A stretch of 64,000 nucleotides of DNA from Eledone cirrhosa (taxonomy: Eukaryota): assembly GCA_964016885.1 (NCBI GenBank), contig OZ024741.1:296236001-296300000 (forward strand). Reading direction: 5' to 3'. The notes below the pieces were generated by a model. The model ran no database searches. It was not told the origin of the DNA and saw nothing but the letters and a program-made list of their open reading frames with translations. The position numbers and the translations under genes are program-made. Below, one piece after another: positions 55,713-64,000 of the stretch (position 1 is the first letter of the stretch; every line of letters starts with the position of its first letter).

Positions 55713-56800
55713 TCATCATCATCATCATCATCACCGTTTTACGTCCGTTCTTCCACGCTAGCATGGGTTAGACGGGTTGTCCTGTTGTGGGCAGTGTCTG
55801 GTCGGCTGACCATGCCTTGCTCATACAGGAACTGATCTGGCTTGATTTCTACAGCTGGATGCCCTTCCTAACACCAACCTCATTTACAGTGAGTGCTGGG
55901 TGCTTTTTCGTGGCGCCTACACGTCCACTTTACAGTGTGGGCTGGGTGCTTTTTTGCCGTGGCACCTCCACGACCACCTTGCGGTGGGGGGGGGGGCATA
56001 TTGTTTATATGCTTCAGCATGTACCCATGGGAGGTCGGGTACCCTGTATTACTGCGTGACGCCAGAAGTCACGGTCGTGTGTCATTGACTTTGAGAGGTG
56101 TAGTTGGGTAAGGTCGGCTTTTATCACCTCATCCCAAGTCATCTTGGGTCTCCCCACTCCGCGGTTTCCATCAACTTCTAGTGCTCTGCACCTTTTTATG
56201 CAGCTGTCATCCTTCATACGCATCACATGTCCATACCAGCGTAACCGCCTCTCCTGCACGCAGCATTTGATTCCTCTTATGCTCAGTCTCTCTCTCAATT
56301 CATTTATGCTTTGTCGTTCACGTATATTACTGTTACACATCCATCGGAGCATGCAGGCTTCGTTTCTCTCTAATCTACGTAAGTCTTCCACCTTCAGCGC
56401 CCAGGTCTCACTACCATGCAACATCGCTGTTCGGATACACGCATCATACAGTCTGCCTTTCATTCTGAGGGAGAAGCCTTTTGCAGCTAGCAGTGGTAGT
56501 AGTTCCCTAAACTTCTTCCATCCCGTTCTTACCCTAGTTATTGTACTTTCTGAGCACCCACCTCCGTTGCTAATTCGGTCACCTAGGTAGCAGAAGCTAT
56601 CTACTGTTTCTACAGGGCCCTCCCAGAGATTGGTGGTACTTGTTTCCTGTGGCTGTTTGCTTGCTGTTTCAGCACAGCTGCTGCATGTGAATCCTACATT
56701 CTTAATTAAGCTTCCTGAGATCCCGCTACATCTCTTGTGTACCCATTGTTTGCATTTGGGGCAAAGAATGGAGTTCCTACCTACACCTTTCCTACATACT
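55713..56800 (-). mobile_element. 5'-truncated RTE LINE with Cys-rich insert, 3' UTR and (ATG)n tail
   Basis: [23 protein letters not shown]...FCYLGD...LHGSETW...RRLRWYGHVMR...GRPKMTW; tail seen as (cat)n at 55713-55733. Confidence 0.85.
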
Positions 56801-56816
56801 GATATATATATATATG

Positions 56817-56898
<82 letters not shown>

Positions 56899-56901
<3 letters not shown>

Positions 56902-57096
56902 CGAAGGAAATGTGGTAAGGAACCAGGTGGACCATAACGCACCAAAGTACTCAATACTTAGGGTAGTAGAGTGGGTAATAGGAACGAGTAGGACCCCGAC
57001 GGCTGAGCTCAAGCCGTTTCGACGGCTAATTCTGGACTAGAATCCAGAATTAGCCGTCGAAACGGCTTGAGCTCAGCCGTCGGGGTCCTACTCGTT

Positions 57097-57100
<4 letters not shown>
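56899..57100 (-). mobile_element. fold-back PLE family B pLTR fragment
   Basis: Palindrome 56978-57100 centred on ttctggactagaatccagaa; (TA)n on both sides. Confidence 0.8.
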
Positions 57101-57162
<62 letters not shown>

Positions 57163-57197
57163 AAAATGGAACGGGAACAAAACAGAGAGGCAGAACG

Positions 57198-57316
<119 letters not shown>

Positions 57317-57383
57317 ATACGACGAGCTTTTGATTCCAGAGTCGGGCCAGATCGATACAGATCGAACCTTGAGGTGATCAATA

Positions 57384-57596
57384 GCGTGTGGCTGAGTGGT
57401 TAGAAAATTGGATTCGCAATCGTGAGGTTGTGAGTTCGATTCCTGGGTCGGGTGATGCGTTATGCCCTTGAGCAAGACACTTTATTTCACGTTTCTCCTT
57501 CTACCTGGAGTTGCGGCCGATAGATAATATTAGCAATTGGAAAGACCAACGGAAACATTGTTTTCTCGAGCCGATTTGACGTAAGAAGATCGACTG

Positions 57597-57600
<4 letters not shown>
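57384..57600 (+). mobile_element. SINE family 1
   Basis: Near-identical to 2068-2285. Preceded (57321-57385) by a fragment homologous to stem II of the 39895 HHR. Confidence 0.8.
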
Positions 57601-57671
<71 letters not shown>

Positions 57672-57678
<7 letters not shown>

Positions 57679-58325
57679 TATAGAGAAAAATACTGCAGGT
57701 AGCACATGGATAACATGTAATAAAATAAGTCCCTCATCAGTGATTTGCCGAAGATCATAGATATTTCATTGCATTAAAAATCATATATCTCACTTCGGTG
57801 CAATAATAACCAAATAAGTTATTAGGACAATTAAAACGCGTAAAGCGAGTGAGACAGGAGAACAACAGAAAGTATAGCATACCGTAGGGGACAGAAACAA
57901 GCTTCAAAAATTATTCTGTTTAGCATAAGCTAGGTGAATATATGAGCGCTTAGAGAATAGAACCTGCACGAACGAGGGCTATGAGCAGAGAGAGAAAAAA
58001 ATAGCGTTCGTGAGTGCAGAATGAAATGAAGAGAAGAGGGAGAAAAACAGTGAGTGAGTGAAAGTGTGAGGAAGAGTTAACGGACAAGACAGAGGGGGAG
58101 AAACAGAGAGAATGGGGGAACAGTAAGAGAGAGAGAAAAAAACACAGAATCGCAGTGGTAAATATATGTATTAAAATATAGAGAAAAATACTGCAGGTAG
58201 CACATGGATAACATGTAATAAAATGAGTCCCTCATCAGTGATTTGCCGAAGATCATAGATATTTCATTGCATTAAAAATCATATATCTCACTTCGGTGCA
58301 ATAATAACCAAAATAAGTTATTAGG

Positions 58326-58329
<4 letters not shown>
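57672..58329. mobile_element. terminally redundant non-coding element (498-bp unit + ~158-bp repeat) in (TA)n
   Basis: 57673-57830 is repeated at 58171-58329. Confidence 0.75.
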
Positions 58330-58411
<82 letters not shown>

Positions 58412-59411
58412 GAAATGGCTGTGTAGTTGCTATTTAAGGTAACTTAAAATGCAGTGGGAATACGAAGAAAGCAAGAACGGGGGGGGGGTCCTCATTAGTT
58501 GTCTACTGTGGGTCTCAGATATTTCTACGCTTTAAAGACAATATATCTCGCCCCAGGCCGTCAATAACTAGATAAGTTATTGGGAAAACGGAGGAGGGGG
58601 GGGGGGGGGGAAGCAAAGGGGAAGAAAAGAGAAACCAGTAAAAAAACAGCGAAAACAATACACAACAAACCGAGCAATGTGCGAGCAACTTAAGGTAAGG
58701 AAATCCAAGACCACTCGATAAGAGAACTTAAGTTCAAGACTGAGTGGTCGGGAGAAATATATATATATATATATATAAATATATATGGTGGATATCATTA
58801 AAATATATATATATTATAGTAGGAGAATACACAACCAAATTCTTGAAAAAATATTTATTGGTTTACAATTGTTTCAAAGGCCAGACCATAATTTGATCCA
58901 TAAAAATAGAACCTATAAATTTTTGAATCGGTAGAAATGAATCATCAATATTGATGTGATACGAGATAATGTTCAAAATCACTTAAACGAATCAATATGA
59001 CGCAATCTTTTAAGAACGAAATAATTAAAGAAACGAATGTATATAAGGGTTATATACATTTATTTCTACCGTAAAGAATTATACTAACACTTTTCATCTT
59101 TCTTTAATTATAACCTAACTACATCAACTATAATTTCATTTCAATGTACCATTTAAAAAAAATATAATTTGTAGTAACGATTAGTCTCCCTTTCAATATA
59201 TTTATGTCTCTTGTTATTTATCTTTACTGACTTCCGGTTATGTCAATCCACTGAAATTAACGTGCTTAACAAGTTTCTTTGAATAATTATGTTTAGTCCT
59301 TCCGACTTAATCCTTCTATTGGTAATTAGTATGGTATGTGTTTCATGTTTTTTTTATAATCTCTTCCATCAGTGACATGTATTTTTGAATTCTATATTTA
59401 CATTCTTTTTG

Positions 59412-59536
59412 GGTTCTGAAGATGAGGTCCGATCGCAATTCGGTTTTTATATCACCTGGACCTATCGATTCATAAATTGATAGGTTTTATTTTTATGGAT
59501 CGAATTATGGTCTGACCTTTCAAACAATTGTAAACC
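59412..59536 (+). ncRNA. type I HHR with branched ~100-nt stem II
   Basis: ggtt-CTGAAGA-tgaggtc...gaccttt-cAAA-caattg-TA-aacc. The inverted partial copy at 58817-58934 retains GAAA. Confidence 0.7.
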
Positions 59537-59595
59537 AATAAATATTTTTTCAAGAATTTGGTTGTTTATTCTCCCACTATGATTTTTATATTAAC

Positions 59596-60032
59596 GCTCT
59601 GCCGATATACTTTTTGCATAACTTACATTTGTCTTGCTTGCTTTCACTGTACGCTTGTCTTTCACTTAATACACATTAGCACACTCTACTCTTAACTACT
59701 GGCTTATAATTCTCACAACTAATCTCTAATCTCTCCTTCCTGATTGGTTTGTACACACACACACGCACGTGTGTGTGTGTGTACAAACGAATCAGGAAGG
59801 AGAGATTAGAGATTAGTTGTGAGAATTATAAGCCAGCATCGAAGAGTAGAGTGTGCTAATGTGTATTAAGTGAAAGACAAGCGTACAGTGAAAGCAAGCA
59901 AGACAAATGTCATGAAAAAAGTATATCGGCAGAGCTTGTCTTGCACTTAATATACATTGAGCACACTCTCCTCTTCACTACTGGCTTATAATTCTCGCAA
60001 CTAATCTCTAATCTCTCTTTCCTTATTGGTTT

Positions 60033-60035
<3 letters not shown>
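59596..60035. repeat. inverted/triplicated ~160-bp element ending in (CA)n
   Basis: 59596-59760 is the reverse complement of 59769-59934, with a third partial copy at 59934-60035. Each ends TTTGTACACAC. Confidence 0.8.
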
Positions 60036-60121
<86 letters not shown>

Positions 60122-60329
60122 ACGCATATATATATATATATATATATGTATAGTTGATACATGGAACAAACAAAACACAGGAGGCAATTTTTACACAGTT
60201 ATATTAGGTTCATGCTTGGTGGAAGTGGAGGATAGTTATAAAGGCACAAGAAAAGTGGGAAAGTAATCAATGAATTTATATGAATATGGTAAATACCATT
60301 CCCAATGCCTATACAATAAACCTATCAAG

Positions 60330-60740
60330 TTCATGTCGGAGATCACTTTCCCACAAGTTAAGTAGAACCATGTGGTCTGCAAATTTCTGACTCGTTGGTC
60401 TTCATACCACTTTCAACCCGGCTGCGCATGTCAGTCATGTTCATGAAGTTTGTAAACAGGACAGGTGACGGTACGCACCCTTGGCGCAGTCTAATATTCA
60501 CATCGAATGGTTCGACTTTGCACCATTTATTCGAACACAAATACTAAGGCATTCGTATAGAGATACCAGGGAAACAAGAAGCTGTCCATCGATCCCATAC
60601 TCCTGTAGAACCTTCCACAACAGGTCTCGTGGAACGTGGCCATATGTCTTTTCGAGGTCTACGAAACAAGCATACATCTTTTGGCAACATTCCCACGATT
60701 TCTCAAAGACCTCTCAAAGCCGTTGGAATGTGTTATGGAT
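60330..60740 (-). pseudogene. RTE LINE RT-domain fragment
   Basis: FVDLEKTYGHVPRDLLWKVLQEYGIDG...LRQGCVPSPVLF..FM. Confidence 0.75.
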
Positions 60741-61799
60741 TAGACCCCATTGGGAAGGAGAATTTGCCTCTTGAAGAAAGGTCTCTGTGAGTGGTGGAAG
60801 TTTATCCGCCTAACAGAGTCCGAATACAGATCCTCCTTGGTGAAGTCACTGCACCGTTAGATGTAGTTAAGACTGAGTTTTATGGGAGACTTCAATGAAT
60901 ATGTTGACACTGGTCACTACTTTTTCTAACAGGTCGGGCTACCGCATAGAGACTCGCTTTCTTTGTCTATGTTATTCTTGTTGTTTAATCCCATAACACT
61001 CCAGACCTATGTTCAATGTTATTCCAGCCGTGACTATCCGGTGTTCCTTTAAAGCCATCAGAAGTGCGTGGTTTGCGGGATATCAGGTTACTATTTCTGG
61101 TCTAGCATTGAGGCTTCCTCAATTTCTCTACTTGTTTTGTAGCACATACCGTGTTCCTTAAGTATGTGTGTGCGTGTGAATATGTGGGTGTGTCTTTGTG
61201 TTTGTATGTGTTTGTGTGTCTGTGTCTGTGTCGATATGTATGTCTGCGTCGGTGTGTTTGTGTGTGTTTGATGCATGTGTGTATGTGCGTGTGTTTCTCT
61301 GTGTGTGTGTGCGTTAGTGTGTGTGTGCGTTAGTGTGTGTGTTTGTGTGTATGTGTATGTGTGTGTCTGTGCGCGCGTGTATTTTTGTGGGTGTGTGTGT
61401 GTGTGTTTATGTATGTGTGTGTTGTGTGTATACGTGTGTGTTTGTGTGTCTGCATGTATGTGTGTGTTTATGAATGTGTGTGTATGTGTATATATGTGTA
61501 TGTGTTTGTTTGTGTATGTGCGTGTGTTTGTGTGTGTGTGTGTTTATGTATGCGTGTTTGTGTGTATGTGCATTTGTGTGTATGTGTGTGTGTATATGTA
61601 TCTATGTGTTTATGTGTACTGTGTGACTGTGTGTATGCGTGTGTGTGTGCGTGTGTGTGTGTGTGTATGTGAGTGAGTGTGGGTGTGTGCTAGAAAGAAA
61701 TCGAGATAACTGAATTAGGTGTCATCACAGGAGCCATCAAAAAGATATCTTGTTTAACGATGGCTCGGACAAACAGCAACACAGCAAGTAAATATAATC

Positions 61800-62761
61800 A
61801 CTGTTTCTACCTTTGACACAAGGCCAGCAATTATCCCAGTGTATTACTGGTACTTTATTTTATCGACCAGTTAAGGATTAAAGGCGAAGTTAACCTCGGT
61901 GGGATTTGAACTCAGACCATAAAGGGCGTAACTCTTTGCTGCAAAGCATGGCGTCAGACCCTCTACCGACACTGCCAAGAACACGTGATGGCACTCAGTA
62001 GCAGAAACAACAATCGCAACAGTAACATAACAGTAACACAACAGTAACAACCACAACAGTAACAACTACAACAGTAATAACAACGGCAGCAGTAACAGCA
62101 GTAATAACAACAGTAGCAACAGTAACAACAACAACTGCAACGCCACAACAGCAGCAACAGTAGTTACAAGAACAACAGCAGCAGCAGAAACAACAACAAC
62201 TACTACAACAACAGCAACAATAACAGCCACAACAGCAGCAGCAGTAATAACAACTACAACAACAACAGCAGTCACAACAAAAACAACAACTACAGCAGCA
62301 ACAGTAACAACAATAATGGTTTATAATTTAGGCACAAGGCCAAAAATAGGAGAGAAAAGGAAAGTCGGTTAGGTTAACCCTAGTACATGACTGGTATTTT
62401 ATTTCATTGGCCCCGGAAGGCTGATAAGCAAAGTTGACCTCGGCAAGATTTGAGCTCAGAACGTAGAAAGTCGTAACTATATTCCGCTGAATCAACAACA
62501 ACAGGAACAAGAACAATGATAACAACACTGACAGCAACAACAAGAGCAACAAAACAACACTAGGAACAATTAAAATAACTGTTTCTACTTTTGACACAAA
62601 GCCAGCAATTACTCCAGTACATTACTGGTACTTTATTTTATTGACCCCGTAAGGATGAAAGGCAAAGTTAACCTCGGCGGGATTTGAACTCAGAACATAA
62701 AGTGACGTAACTCTATGCTGCGAAGCATGGAGTCCGACCCTCTACCGATACTGCCAATCCA
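61800..62761 (-). mobile_element. three SINE family 2 copies (61800-61977, 62325-62470, 62577-62761) among (AAC)n-like repeats
   Basis: Reverse-complement matches to the family 2 core. Confidence 0.8.
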
Positions 62762-62891
62762 ATTAAAATAACATCAACAGGAGCAACAACAACAAGAGCA
62801 ATAACAACAACAGGAGCAACAAAAACAACAACAAGGGCAACAAACACGATAACAACAACAGGAGCAACAATAACAATAATAACAACAACAG

Positions 62892-62932
<41 letters not shown>

Positions 62933-63430
62933 GCAACTTCATCACCGGTAGCAGCAACAACAACAATAACAGTAGCAGCATCAGCAACAGCCACACCAAT
63001 TAAAATCACAAGGACAACAAAATCGGCTACAACTACAACCACATCATCATCATCATCAACAACAACAACAACAACAACAACCAAACAATAGAATAACAAC
63101 AATAACAACAGCAACGACGTTACAATAACAACAGCAACAACGTTACAACAGCATCACAACAACATCACAACAACGACGACCGCATCAACAACATAATCAC
63201 ATGTAAAACAATACACGGCAATAACAGCCGACCGGCTGTCCGCCATTAACATGCAGACGACATAGTCAAATCTAGTCACGTGTCATGTAAATGGCGATGT
63301 TCACTCAAATCACGCAAACCTTAAAATGTTTATATTTCCCCTTCCACATATTCCTTCACTTCTTTCATCGATTTATTTATTTGTCTGGTTCTTTTTTCCT
63401 GCATTTCTTTTCTTTTCTTTTCTTTCTTTC

Positions 63431-63497
<67 letters not shown>

Positions 63498-63540
63498 TCC
63501 TTCTTTCCGTCTTTCTTCACATCTTTCTTCTCTCTTCATT

Positions 63541-63636
<96 letters not shown>

Positions 63637-63637
63637 T

Positions 63638-64000
63638 GGAAGAAGCGCCCTCCTATGGTGAGAAGATCCATCTGCTGCCAACAACCTTCGAAAGGAGGGG
63701 TGGGGATGCCGTGGTTGATGATGCGTAGACACGCATTAAGGCTACGGCACCTACAGGTATTCTTCACTGGTCAACCGGTGTGGGCTCCGTTCGTGAAACG
63801 AGCCTTTCCGAGACTCATCTCGCTCACCGAGCTGCAGTCCTGGGTCAAGCAAAGATCCGGAAAACTGGGAGACTGGCACACTGAGTGTGCCCAGGCGCTC
63901 AGGGCTCTCTGGCAAGCAGACCCGGCCATCGGTGGAGAATCCACCTCGTCATTCTATAGAGGGCTGGTGGCTAGCAGGGCCGATGACACCCTTGGAGAGT
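63638..64000 (+). pseudogene. Tx1-like ORF2 fragment, 5'-truncated after (CTTT)n and running off the window
   Basis: WKKRPPMVRRSICCQQPSKGGVGMPWLMMRRHALRLRHLQVF, homologous to 31170-31535. Confidence 0.9.

Overview
Eukaryotic, non-genic, extremely repeat-rich DNA. The SINE families and (TA)n/(CA)n density suggest an octopus-like cephalopod (inference). No host protein-coding gene is recognisable, and most ORF-track entries are microsatellite artefacts. Recognisable content: a near-full-length Tx1-like LINE (30340-36040, minus strand), Penelope-like element (PLE) remnants including two Naiad-type RT N-termini and one RT+GIY-YIG C-terminus missed by the ORF track, RTE/HERO/CRE LINE fragments, Helitron and mariner remnants, many tRNA-derived SINEs and minisatellites. 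The most striking signal is about 20 type I hammerhead ribozyme (HHR) motifs from roughly a dozen sequence families, nearly all in short elements in or beside (TA)n tracts. They include a bare stand-alone HHR, HHRs with 60-105 nt stem II domains (branched in two families, with compensatory changes in one), a 720-bp HHR-to-HHR tandem unit (retrozyme/circRNA-like), and repeated fold-back insertions whose symmetry axis lies in the ribozyme's own stem II. All alignments, translations and folds were done by eye.
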